The notes under the pieces were generated by a model. It made no database searches, was not told the origin of the DNA, and worked only from the letters and a program-made list of their open reading frames with translations. Shown piece by piece: positions 1 through 10,100 of a stretch of DNA of 64,000 nt. The stretch's first letter is position 1; each line of letters starts with the position of its first letter. The stretch lies in NCBI GenBank assembly GCA_965247095.1, contig OZ251997.1:4160001-4224000 (forward strand), written 5' to 3'. This DNA comes from Candidatus Multivorans sp. (GTDB taxonomy: Bacteria; Acidobacteriota; Thermoanaerobaculia; Multivoradales; Multivoraceae). Position numbers and translations under genes: made by a program.

Positions 1-408
1 ACCGGGATCGATCTCGGGATAGATGCGGCGCTTGAAGATGACGAGCAGTTGCTTCTCGTCGGCCTTGAGGATGCCGCGTTCGCAGAGGCGGCCGGCGACC
101 CGGTGCTGGAGCTTGGACAGGGACGAGAAGCGGGTGATCCAGGTCTTTAGCGTCGCGCGCCGCATCGCGTTCCGCACCTTCTTGTGGCACTCGTCGACGA
201 CTGGGTCGCCGATCCGGCGGATGTTGCGGACCTCGACGAGCTTGCGCCACCGCGATTCGTCGATGCGGATCCGTTCCTGCAACAGGAGTTCGGCGGCGAT
301 CGCGCCGCCGAGGCCGAAGCGGCTGTTGCCCGCGATGATCGTGCCCTTCTCGTCGTGCAGGGCGAGGAGCATCAGCTCTTCGTGGAGGAGGAGGGGGTCT
401 GCGCGCAT
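1..408 (-). CDS. GPP34/GOLPH3-family protein (3' part outside window)
   Basis: Manual translation, not in the ORF track: MRADPLLLHEELMLLALHDEKG...GGAIAAELLLQERI...LCERGIL, which matches the GPP34 N-terminal pattern; open to the window edge. Confidence 0.75.
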   Translation of the reverse strand, partial: MRADPLLLHEELMLLALHDEKGTIIAGNSRFGLGGAIAAELLLQERIRIDESRWRKLVEVRNIRRIGDPVVDECHKKVRNAMRRATLKTWITRFSSLSKLQHRVAGRLCERGILKADEKQLLVIFKRRIYPEIDPG

Positions 409-461
409 CGATGAAGTCTCTCACGAAGAGATACGAGGACAGCCTCCGTGAGTTTCGTGCC

Positions 462-2258
462 CTAGAAGGCTTCGCTCCAGGGGCGGCTCAGCCTCAGAGC
501 CGAGTTGATCAGGCCGACCATGGAGTAGGTCTGGGGGAAGTTGCCCCAGAGTTCTCCCGTCTCGGGGTCGAGGTCTTCGGAGAGGAGGCCTACCGGGTTG
601 CGGTGCTCGAGCATCTGTTCGAACAGGTCGCGGGCCTCTTCGTGGCGGCCGAGGGCGTTGATCGCGTCGATGTACCAGAAGCTGCAGACGGCGAAGGAGG
701 TGGTGGGGGCGCCTAACTCGTCCTCTTGGTATCGGAAGAAGTTGCTGCCGGAGCGGAGCGGTTCGAGCGACTCGACGGTGGCGGCGAAGCGGGGGTCGGC
801 TGGGTCGAGGAAGCCGAGGTCGTGGAGCAGCAGCAGGCTGGCGTCGATGCCCTCGCCGTCGAGGGTGGCGGCGAGCCGGCCGCCGCTCTCGGCGTTTTGC
901 AGGATGTGCTTGCGGATCGCTTCGGCCCGGCTCGTCCAGTGCCGTTGACGGTCGGCGAGACCAAGTGCCGCGGCAATTCGCGCCAGACGGTCGCAGGCTG
1001 CCCAGCACATGACGCTCGAGAAGGTGTGGACGGCGCTGCGCTGGCGGAACTCCCAGAGACCGGCATCCGGCTGGTCGAACAGGGTCGCGGCCTGGCTGCC
1101 GAGTTGCTCCAGCCAGCCGAACACACGCGCGTTCCCCGGTTTGACGAGCCGCCGGTCGAAGAAGCTCTGGGTGACGGCGAGGATGGCGCTGCCGTAGTTG
1201 TCGTTCTGGAGTTGCCGCCAGGCGTCGTTGCCCACCCGCACCGGACCCATGCCACGGTAACCAGGCAGGTTGTCGACGGTGCGCTCAGTCAGTTCCCCTT
1301 CGAACTTGATCCCGTAGACGGGTTGCAGCACGCCGCCCTCCGCGGCGGCCGCCAGGTTGGTGATGTAGCCGACGTAGCCCTCCATGGTGCGGGTCGCACC
1401 CAGGCGGTTCAGCGCCTGCACGACGAAGTGGGAGTCTCGGAGCCAGCAGAAGCGATAGTCCCAGTTGCGGCCGGTGCCCGGCGCCTCGGGGATCGAGGTG
1501 GTCATCGCGGCCAGCACCGCGCCGGTTTCCTCGAAGCTGCACAGTTGCAGCGTGATCGCCGCCCGGATCACCGCCTCCTGCCATTCGAACGGCACCGCCA
1601 GGTGACGCACGAACTCGCGCCAGTAGTTCTCCGTTCGGCTCTGGAACTCGCGGGCCACGGAGTCGACGGGCTCGGTCAGGCTCTCGTCGGGCCCGAGCAG
1701 GAGGGTGAGGGGCTGTTCGAGAACGAAGGTGATCTCGTCGGTGATGAAGGAAACCGGGGCGTCCGTCGTCAGCCGCAAGGCGAGTTCCGGGCCGACGTAG
1801 CGGATGTGGTTGCTGCCCCGGGTCAGTTCGGGCCGGCGGGCGCCGTAGTCGAAGCGCGGCCGCAGGCGGATGCGGATGCGCGGTTCGCCGCGTAACCGTT
1901 CGATCGTGCGGACGATCATCGTGGGCCGGAAGGAGCGGCCGAACTGCTCGAACCGGGGCGCGAAGTCGGTGATCCGCACCGCGGCGCCGTTGCCGTCGCG
2001 AAGCGTCGTGACCAGGATCGCAGTGTTCTCCAGGTAGTGCTGCTCGCTGCCCTGAAACCCTTCGAGCATCACGTCGAAGAAGCCGCCGTCCCAGGGGTCG
2101 CGGTCGTCGGCGCCGCCCAGGAGCGAGTGGAACACCGGGTCGCCGTCGAAGTGCGGCAGGCAGGCCCAGCAGATGCGGCCGCGCGGATCGACCAGGGCGC
2201 CGAACCCGCAATTCCCGATCACGCCGCCGTCGAGTGGGCGGACCTCCTCAGGCGTCAT
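462..2258 (-). CDS. Glycoside hydrolase family 15 (trehalase-like)
   Basis: IGNC..ALVD, WACLPHFD, TTSIPEAPG..RNWDYRFCWLRD, GLLSED...WGNFPQTYS motifs; next to otsAB; start placed at MTPEEV. Confidence 0.9.
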   Translation of the reverse strand: MTPEEVRPLDGGVIGNCGFGALVDPRGRICWACLPHFDGDPVFHSLLGGADDRDPWDGGFFDVMLEGFQGSEQHYLENTAILVTTLRDGNGAAVRITDFAPRFEQFGRSFRPTMIVRTIERLRGEPRIRIRLRPRFDYGARRPELTRGSNHIRYVGPELALRLTTDAPVSFITDEITFVLEQPLTLLLGPDESLTEPVDSVAREFQSRTENYWREFVRHLAVPFEWQEAVIRAAITLQLCSFEETGAVLAAMTTSIPEAPGTGRNWDYRFCWLRDSHFVVQALNRLGATRTMEGYVGYITNLAAAAEGGVLQPVYGIKFEGELTERTVDNLPGYRGMGPVRVGNDAWRQLQNDNYGSAILAVTQSFFDRRLVKPGNARVFGWLEQLGSQAATLFDQPDAGLWEFRQRSAVHTFSSVMCWAACDRLARIAAALGLADRQRHWTSRAEAIRKHILQNAESGGRLAATLDGEGIDASLLLLHDLGFLDPADPRFAATVESLEPLRSGSNFFRYQEDELGAPTTSFAVCSFWYIDAINALGRHEEARDLFEQMLEHRNPVGLLSEDLDPETGELWGNFPQTYSMVGLINSALRLSRPWSEAF

Positions 2259-2376
2259 GGGCGGTCGCCCGCCAGCGCCGCCAAACCCGTCGCAGGCTCC
2301 GTGTTTGGTCCCAGCCCCCACCTCACTATGAGTCTGCGCACCAGAACTCACCATGTTGCGTTTCTGCCGCGCAGAC

Positions 2377-3171
2377 TCATAGCGTGTCGCACAGGGCCTC
2401 CAGCCAACGGTGCAATTCCCGCACACCGCTCAGACCGTACTGCGCGGTGCTGGTGCGGCCGGTTTCACGTTCCAGGCCGACCACTATCGCGGCGCCGCCA
2501 CAGCTCTGCGCGGCGGCGAATCCGTCCTCGTCCGTGATGTCGTCGCCCACGAACACGGGGACCCGGTCGCGGAACGGCGCTTCGGCCATGAAGTCCTCGA
2601 CGACGGTGCGCTTGTTCGGGCGATGAGGTTTCAACTCGAGCACCATCTTGCCCTCCTGGACGCCGTAGGCGGAGCCCAGGGAGGTTCGGATCTTCTCCAT
2701 CACTTCGCGCGCCGCGCCCTCGGCGCCGGCTGCGCGCCGGTAGTGGAGCGCCAGGGTCGCCGACTTGTCTTCGAGCAGGGTACCCGGGTGCGCCGCGGCA
2801 AAACGCGTCAGTTCCCGGCGCGCCGGGCCCAGTACTTCGGCGCCGTCCGTCCGGTTGACGGATCCGTCGGCGGACCTGCGCTCCAGGCCGTGGAGCCCCG
2901 CCGCCGGCAGTTCGAGAGGCGCGAAGAAGCGGTCGAGAACGTCGAGCGAGCGTCCGCTGGCGAGCGCCAGCGCGCCGCCGAGGCGGCAGCGGAGTCGTTC
3001 GAGCAGGCCGCCGATCCGCTCGTCGACGTGGACCGCGTCGGGCGCGTCCGCGATCTCGATCAAGGTGCCGTCGACATCCAGGAACAGAGCCCACGAGTGC
3101 GGCGGAGGGATGTCGGAACCCGCTTCCAGCAGGATCCAGGCGGCGTGCGGAGGATGCGCTTTCTGGTTCAC
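2377..3171 (-). CDS. otsB: Trehalose-6-phosphate phosphatase
   Basis: HAD motifs FLDVDGTL, ASGR, EDK..TLALHYR, GKMVLELKP, FVGDDITDEDGF; GTG start approximate. Confidence 0.9.
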   Translation of the reverse strand: MNQKAHPPHAAWILLEAGSDIPPPHSWALFLDVDGTLIEIADAPDAVHVDERIGGLLERLRCRLGGALALASGRSLDVLDRFFAPLELPAAGLHGLERRSADGSVNRTDGAEVLGPARRELTRFAAAHPGTLLEDKSATLALHYRRAAGAEGAAREVMEKIRTSLGSAYGVQEGKMVLELKPHRPNKRTVVEDFMAEAPFRDRVPVFVGDDITDEDGFAAAQSCGGAAIVVGLERETGRTSTAQYGLSGVRELHRWLEALCDTL

Positions 3172-3207
3172 ACGCCCCCTCCGAGATCCCTTACGATACA
3201 GAAACCG

Positions 3208-4605
3208 ATGGCCCCTCAGGATCTGCCGGCTGCTCGGCAGTCGGAACTTGTGATTGTCGCGAACACGCTGCCCGTGCGTCGCGAGGAGGTGGATGGCGAA
3301 CTGCGCTGGGCGCAGAGCCCCGGCGGCCTGGTCAGCGCCCTGTCGCCGATCGTCCGGCAGGCCGGCGGCTGCTGGGTGGGCTGGTCCGGCGGCGCCGACG
3401 ATTCGCCGGCGCCGTTCCGCCACGAGGGCATACTGAACGTGGCCGTGCCGGTGTCGGAGGCCGAGGTCGCGGCCTCGTACCAGGGCATGTGCAACTCGAC
3501 CCTCTGGCCGCTCTACCACGACGCGGTGCGGCCGCCGGAATACCACCGGCACTGGTGGAACCCCTACGTGGCGGTCAACCGGCGCTTCGCCGAGGAGGCG
3601 GCGCGCCGTACCGCGCCCGGCGGCAGGGTGTGGATCCAGGACTACCACCTGCAGCTCGTGCCGCGGATGCTGCGCGAGCTCCGGCCGGACATAAGCTCCG
3701 GCTTCTTCCTGCACATCCCCTTTCCGCCGATCGAGTTGTTTCTGCGTCTGCCGTGGCGGCGGCTGGTGCTGGAGGGGCTGCTCGGCGCGGACGTGATCGG
3801 CTTCCAGACCCCGGCCGGCGCCTACAACTTCACGCGGCTCGCCGACCGGCTAATCGAGGCCGAGCCGCACGGCGAGACGATCCGCTACCAGGGCCGCGAC
3901 ATCCGTGTGGGCGCCTTCCCGATATCCATCGACACGGAGCGCTACGCCAACGCCGCGCTGTCGCCCGAAATCCGCGAGCGGGCCGAACAGCTCCAGCAGC
4001 TTCGCCGGGGGCGGAAGATCATCCTCTCCGTCGATCGCCTCGACTACACGAAGGGCATCGACCTGCGGCTCAAGGCGTTCCTTGAATGGTTGGGACGCAA
4101 GGACCGTTCGATTCGCGACGCGGTGATGGTCCAGGTCGCGGTGCCGAGCCGGGAGCGCATCTCCGAGTACCAGATCCTGCGGCGTGACGTGGAGGAGCTG
4201 GTCGGCCAGATCAACGGCGAGTACGGCGAGCTCGGCGTCGTGCCGGTCCAGTACCTGCGACGCAACCTGCCGTTCGAGGAGCTGATCGCCTTCTACCTCG
4301 TCGCCGACGTGATGCTGGTGACGCCGCTCTGCGACGGCATGAACCTGGTGGCCAAGGAGTACGTCGCGACGCGTCTCAAGGACGACGGCGTCCTGGTGCT
4401 GAGCGAGTTCGCGGGCGCGGCCGCCGAGCTGCCGGACGCCCTGCTGGTGAACCCCCACGACGTGAACGCGATGGCGGCCGTGATCGAACGGGCGATCACT
4501 CTCGATCCGGAGGACGGGACCCGCCGCATGAAGGCGATGCGTGAGGTCGTCCGCCGCCACTCGGTCCACGAGTGGGCGGCGCAGTTCATCGAGGCACTGG
4601 CGTAG
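3208..4605 (+). CDS. otsA: Trehalose-6-phosphate synthase
   Basis: SPGGLVSAL, LWPLYHD, WIQDYHL, FFLHIPFP, VDRLDYTKGI, DGMNLVAKEY, VLSEFAGAA. Confidence 0.95.
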   Translation: MAPQDLPAARQSELVIVANTLPVRREEVDGELRWAQSPGGLVSALSPIVRQAGGCWVGWSGGADDSPAPFRHEGILNVAVPVSEAEVAASYQGMCNSTLWPLYHDAVRPPEYHRHWWNPYVAVNRRFAEEAARRTAPGGRVWIQDYHLQLVPRMLRELRPDISSGFFLHIPFPPIELFLRLPWRRLVLEGLLGADVIGFQTPAGAYNFTRLADRLIEAEPHGETIRYQGRDIRVGAFPISIDTERYANAALSPEIRERAEQLQQLRRGRKIILSVDRLDYTKGIDLRLKAFLEWLGRKDRSIRDAVMVQVAVPSRERISEYQILRRDVEELVGQINGEYGELGVVPVQYLRRNLPFEELIAFYLVADVMLVTPLCDGMNLVAKEYVATRLKDDGVLVLSEFAGAAAELPDALLVNPHDVNAMAAVIERAITLDPEDGTRRMKAMREVVRRHSVHEWAAQFIEALA

Positions 4606-4821
4606 CGCCAAGCGCCGCGCTTGCGCGGGACCGGCCCATCCCGAAAGGTGGGGAATGTCTGAGTGGTACTGAAGGGTTCAGTGTCATAGCAGGGCGCCGG
4701 ACAGGGATATCCGCGACGCCTGCGAAGAAAGTCCCCTAGGCAGAGGGGCGCTCACCTGGCCACCTGAAGTCCCCAGTGGCTGTGATGCCTCTCCGCCGAA
4801 CAGACGGAGACAAATCAGGCC

Positions 4822-7800
4822 ATGAAGAGAGCAACCCGGTTTCGGGTCGCTGAGGCACACGTTCAGCCGGCGACCCCTGTTCCCCTTCGATCCAGTTCGG
4901 AACCCGTGCCCGAAACCGCAGGTGAGAGTGCAGCCTGCAGCCGGTTCGGCCGCTGGCAGTTTGCCGCTCGGGCTATTCGCGTTTTCGTCGCCATCGGCTG
5001 CCTGATCGTCTTCGTCGGTGATGCACGCGCGCTGGACCCGCCGGAGAAGCCGGTGATCACGGTCGAGGCCGAGTCGACGCCCGTCATCGAAGGCGAGGAG
5101 GCCCGCTTCCTTGTGAGCCGCGCTGGCCCGGTAGAGGAGGGATTGGAAGTGTTGGCGGAGGTGTCGGCGACGGGTTCGTTGGCGTTTTCGGGGGGTCCAA
5201 GGACGGTGACGCTGAGGATAGAGCCGGAATCGAGACTGCATAGCTTCGGCCTCCTCACGACAGCGGATGATCGGGACGAAGCGGACCGGAACGTCACCTT
5301 GACCGTGATGGCGCCGGAGGACGGTTCCTACGAGGTGGGCTCACAGTCGTCGGCGACGGTGGTCATTGAGGACGATGACGATCTGGAGGTCCAGGTAACG
5401 ACTGCTGTGGTGGACGCCAACGGCCTTGCGTTGACCGAGGTCCCCGAGGATGTAGGCGCCGCCACCATCCGCCTGACTGCGACCACGAACGGCAGCTTGG
5501 CGCCGACCGGGGCCTTCGGGGTCGCGGTAAGTACGCGCGCGGACAGCGCGGTCTCGCCTGACGACTACGCGGCACTCTCCGTTCATGTTGGCTACGCGGC
5601 GGCGGACTGGGTGTTCGTGGCGGCCGAGGGCAACTACAAGGCGGTCAAGGACGTTTCCCTGACGATCGTTGATGACTCGCTGCAAGAGCCGGAGCTGGAA
5701 ACCCTCGGGCTGATCACCGAGCGGGCCCCGGACACGCCCACCTACGTCAGTTTCCCTCCGAGCCTCGAACTGGCGATCGTCGACAACGACTCGGTTCCCG
5801 TTGAGCCGCCGTCCGATCCGCCTCCGTCCGATCCTCCCGAGCCTGAGCCGCCGGAAGTGACGGTCGCGGCGGGGGCGGCGCGGACGACGTTGGCTGTCCG
5901 GACCGTCGACGACTCAGTTGACGAACGGAACAGTTTGGTCTCGGTGACGTTGACCGCTGGGCAGGTCGCCTTCTACGTCGTCGGTTCGGCATCCTCCGCC
6001 GCAGTGACCGTGAAGGACGACGACGAACCGCCGCCCGCCGTGACCGTTCCTGCCGCTCCGAAGAACCTTACGGCTCGCGCCGACGGCGAGGCCCGGATCG
6101 ACCTGGCCTGGACGGTGCCCACCGAGACGGGCGGCGCCGCGATCGTCGGCTACCGGATCGAATGGTCGGCTGACGGCGATTCAGGATGGTCGGTGCTGGT
6201 GGACGACACCGGCTCGACGGGGACGACGTTCAGTGACCTCGATCTCACGGCAGGGACAACCCGCTACTACCGGGTCTGCGCCCTGAACTCCGCGGGCATC
6301 GGTCCGCCTTCGAACATCACCGGTGCGAGGACGATTCAGCCGCCCCCGGAGGTGACGATTCAGGCTGTGCAGAGTCCCGTCGTCGAGGGCGCCGAGGCGG
6401 CGTTCATCTTGAGGCGTACGGGCGCCACCGCCGAGCCACTCACAGTGTCGCTGGAAGTGACGGCGGCGGCGCCGATGATCGGTGGCGAATCGCCGACCTC
6501 GGCACTCTTCCCTGGCGGCGCCGGTGAGACCACCCTGACCGTACGGACGATCGACGACAGGGTGGACGAGCCGGACAGGGAGATTGTGGCCAAGTTGCTG
6601 AACGGCAACGGCTACACCCTGGGCAGGGCGGCTTCGGCGACGGTGCGGGTCAAGGACAACGACGCGGCGCCGGTGTTCCGGATCGCCGACGCGTCGGCGC
6701 CCGAGTCGACCGGCGAGATCGCGTTCACGGTCTCGCTCAGCGGTGAGAGCGCGATGCCGGCGACGGTGCGTTGGGCGAGTTCGGCCGCAACGGCGCAGCC
6801 GGGTCTGGACTACATCGAGGCGAGCGGCGAACTGACCTTCGCTCCCGGCACGACAAGCCAGCGGATCGCGGTACCCCTGCTCGAGGATCTGCTGGTCGAG
6901 GAGGCCGAGACCTTCCGCGTGTCCCTGAGCGAGGCGTCGAACGCGGCGTTCGAGGCAGGCTCGGTGGCCACGGCTACGGGAACGATCGAGGACGACGACG
7001 ACACGGCGCCGGCGGAGGAATGGCTGGCCCGGTTCGGACGCACGGCAGCGAGCAACGCCGTGGACGCGGTGGAGGATCGGCTGACGGGTCGGCTCGGAAC
7101 CGGCGCCCAGGTCGTGGTTGCGGGACACCGGGTCGATGTTTCGGGTAGCGACCGGGAACACGGCGCTACCGGTAGCGGCCAGGGGAACGGCGCTGGCGGT
7201 TCGGCCCCGGCGCCCGTTGCCGGGCTTGGCGGCATCGGTCAGGCGGCGGGTGGCGCCGTCGGTCTGGCCGGGTCCGGTGGCGGCCTTCTGGACGCGCAGC
7301 CGGGCAGGTACGGGTCGGGGCGGATGGACGCGGGCGATGTGCTGGCACGGAGTTCGTTCCAGTTCTCTTCGGACTCCCACGCCGGTGTCCACCGCTGGTC
7401 CGTCTGGGGCAGCGGCGCCGCGACGCGCTTCGACGGCGGCGAGGACACCCTCAGCCTCGGCGGCGAGGTGGTGACCGGCACCGTCGGAGCGGACGTCGAA
7501 CGCGGCCGCGTGCTGTTCGGGGTCGCGGTATCCCACAGCCGCGGCGACGGCGACTACCGCCGGGCCGGTGTCGGCGGTCTGCGTGCCCGGGAGGGCGACC
7601 TCTCGAGCGATCTGACCACGGGACTGCCCTACCTGCGGGTCGCGGTCAGCGACCGCCTGTCGGTGTGGGGCGCTCTGGGCCGCGGCGCCGGATCGATGAC
7701 CCTGAGCGAGGGCGACCTGGGGTCCATCGAGGCGGACATCGGGATGAGTCTGGGCGCCTTCGGGGCGCGGCAGGAACTGCGGTCGTCCGCGGCGACGGAC

Positions 7801-8512
7801 GGCTTCAGCCTGGCGCTACGCACCGACCTGCTGCTGGTCCACGCGACCTCGGACGAGACGGCAGCGCTGCCCGCGCTGTCGACCGACGTGAACCGTCTGC
7901 GGTTGATGATCGAGGGCGCACGCCGGTGGCAGTTCGAGTCGGGCGCCGTGCTGACTCCGACGGTGGAGCTGGGTCTCCGCTACGACGACGGCGATGCGGA
8001 GCCGGGCGGCGGCCTGGAACTGGGCGCGGGCCTTCGTGTCGAGAACGCGGCGCGCGGCCTGTCCGCCGAGTTGACCGGGCGCTCCTTGCTGGCCCACGAG
8101 GCGAGCGAGCTCTCGGAGTGGGGCGTGGGCGGTTCGGTCCGGTTCGAGCCGGGCGGAGGCGACCGTGGCCTGTCCATCGGGCTGAGGTCGACTCTGGGCG
8201 CCGCGTCAAGCGGGATCATCAGGTTGTGGGAGCAGCAAAACGCGGCGCCCCTGGGCTACCGCGCGACGGCGCCGGGCAGCACCGACGGAGACGGAAGTCG
8301 GATACGGATTGGCCGTGTTGGGCAGCCGGGGGAGTCTGACGCCATATCTGGGCGCGGGGCTGTCGCAGCGTTACGGCGAGACCTACAAGGCGGGTGCGCG
8401 GCTCAGGTTCGGCGAGTTCTTCGCCCTGGACGCTGAAGCCGCTCGCCTGGAGGAGAACGCCGCCGCGCCGTCCCGCTACCGGGCGGCTCTGCTGGCGAAC
8501 TTCCGTTGGTAG
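4822..8512 (+). pseudogene. Large surface protein (Calx-beta repeats, FN3, C-terminal autotransporter-like beta-barrel), frameshifted near 8280
   Basis: ORF 4822-8436 has Calx-beta-like repeats (ATVVIEDDD, VKDND), FN3 (TRYYRVCALNSAG) and WLARFGRT plus barrel strands. The barrel continues in another frame (TETEVGYGL...LTPY...NFRW*, stop 8512). Confidence 0.7.
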
Positions 8513-8618
8513 GCCGGCTGCTACGATCACCAAGCGCTCCGCGCGGCGGTGCGCACGAGAACAGGAGGAACGCCGAACGGCAGTAGCGATCTCGCCCTGA
8601 GCCCGTTCGGCTGACACG

Positions 8619-9716
8619 ATGTGGATCAAGAAGTACGACCCAGCCCGCTACCTTCCTGCTGACGCCGGCGTCACGCTGCCGAGCCGCAAGCCGACGCCGC
8701 GGGAGGTCTACATGGACCGCCGCAAGTTCGTGGCCGCGGCCACGATCGGTATCGCCGGCGCCTCGCCCCTCGCCTCCCAGTTCCGTCTCCGCCAGCAGGT
8801 GCCGGCGCCGCCGCCGGCGCCGCCGCTCGAGGAGAAGCTGAAGCCGGCCCTGTCGAGGCCGGACGTCTATCCGGCCGAGGTGACCGGCAAGCCCCGGCGC
8901 AACACGAAGTTCGCCGGACCGCCCGCGAGCGTCGGCGGCGAGTTGACGCCCCGCGAGTTCGCCGGCAGCCACAACAACTTCTACGAGTTCCTGCCCGGCC
9001 GCGGCGGTCCGGTGTGGAAGTTCGCCGGCAAGTTCACCGTCGAGCCGTGGAAGGTCGAGATCAAGGGCCTTTGCGACAACCCCATGACGCTTGACCTGGA
9101 CGACATCTTCGCCTTCGCGCACGAGGAGCGCCTCTACCACTTCCGCTGCGTCGAGCGCTGGGCGATGAACGTGCCCTGGAGCGGTTTCCCGCTCAGCAAG
9201 CTGATCGAGAAGGCTGCGCCCAAGTCCTCGGCCAAGCATGTCCGCTTCGTGACTGCGCGGGAGGACAAGCAGATGCCGGGCATTCGCGAGACGTCGTGGT
9301 ACCCGTGGCCCTACGCCGAGGCCCTGCGCATCGACGAGGCGATGAACGAACTCGCCTTTGTCGCCACCGGCATTTACGGTGAACCCCTGCTCAAGCAGCA
9401 CGGCGCGCCGCTACGGATCGTCGTGCCGTGGAAGTACGGCTACAAGAACCCCAAGTCGATCGTCGAGATCGAGTTCGTCGCCGACGAACCGGACACCTTC
9501 TGGCAGATCCAGCCCCACGAGTACGGCTACCTGTCGAACATCAACCCGAACATCCCGCATCCGCGCTGGAGTCAGGCGACCTCGCACTGGTTGCACAACA
9601 ACCAGCCGTTCGACACGCCGATCTTCAACGGTTACGGCGAGCAGGTTTCCAAGCTCTATCCCGACGAGCCGACCACGATGCAGCGAGCGCTGCGTCAGGG
9701 TCAGATCGCCCGCTAG
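8619..9716 (+). CDS. msrP: Protein-methionine-sulfoxide reductase, molybdopterin catalytic subunit
   Basis: Twin-arginine-like MDRRKF, NNFYEF, ERLYHFRCVERW, GAPLRIVVPWKYGYK, HPRWSQA, FNGYGEQV. Confidence 0.92.
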   Translation: MWIKKYDPARYLPADAGVTLPSRKPTPREVYMDRRKFVAAATIGIAGASPLASQFRLRQQVPAPPPAPPLEEKLKPALSRPDVYPAEVTGKPRRNTKFAGPPASVGGELTPREFAGSHNNFYEFLPGRGGPVWKFAGKFTVEPWKVEIKGLCDNPMTLDLDDIFAFAHEERLYHFRCVERWAMNVPWSGFPLSKLIEKAAPKSSAKHVRFVTAREDKQMPGIRETSWYPWPYAEALRIDEAMNELAFVATGIYGEPLLKQHGAPLRIVVPWKYGYKNPKSIVEIEFVADEPDTFWQIQPHEYGYLSNINPNIPHPRWSQATSHWLHNNQPFDTPIFNGYGEQVSKLYPDEPTTMQRALRQGQIAR

Positions 9717-9748
9717 ACGGATCGGGTTTGTGGTCCGTATCTGAAGTC

Positions 9749-10009
9749 ATGAGCACCGCGACGGACACGCTCGCCACGGCCGAAGCATTGGAAGGCGCCG
9801 GCCTGGATGCGGACACCGCCAAGGCAACGGCTCGTGCGATCGACACCGGGTGCGCCGCCGCGGTTGAGGGACTGGTCACGCAGGACGGTCTTCGGGCCGA
9901 GTTGAAGGCGCTTGAAACACGGTTGGTCCTGTGGGGCGCTGGCATCGTGCTCGGCGGTTCCGCCCTGGTGCTGAGCGGCGTTGGTGTGCTGTTGAGGCTC
10001 GCCCTGTAG
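9749..10009 (+). CDS. Small coiled-coil protein with C-terminal TM helix (DUF1640/CCDC90-like)
   Basis: DTL..AEALEGAG...LVTQDGLRAELKALETRLVLW followed by a hydrophobic tail. Confidence 0.6.
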   Translation: MSTATDTLATAEALEGAGLDADTAKATARAIDTGCAAAVEGLVTQDGLRAELKALETRLVLWGAGIVLGGSALVLSGVGVLLRLAL

Positions 10010-10100
10010 ACGCTGGCGCTTTCCGGTACGAACGGCCGAGGTGGGACTCCTGGTTCGAGCGGTTCCGCTGCGCTGGCGCTACGGTCCGACTGCCGTCCCC

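Noticed and set aside
4634-4660. c-di-GMP-I riboswitch (GAAA-capped stem)
   Set aside because: It lacks the flanking GGYAAAC and GACGCAAAG consensus elements.
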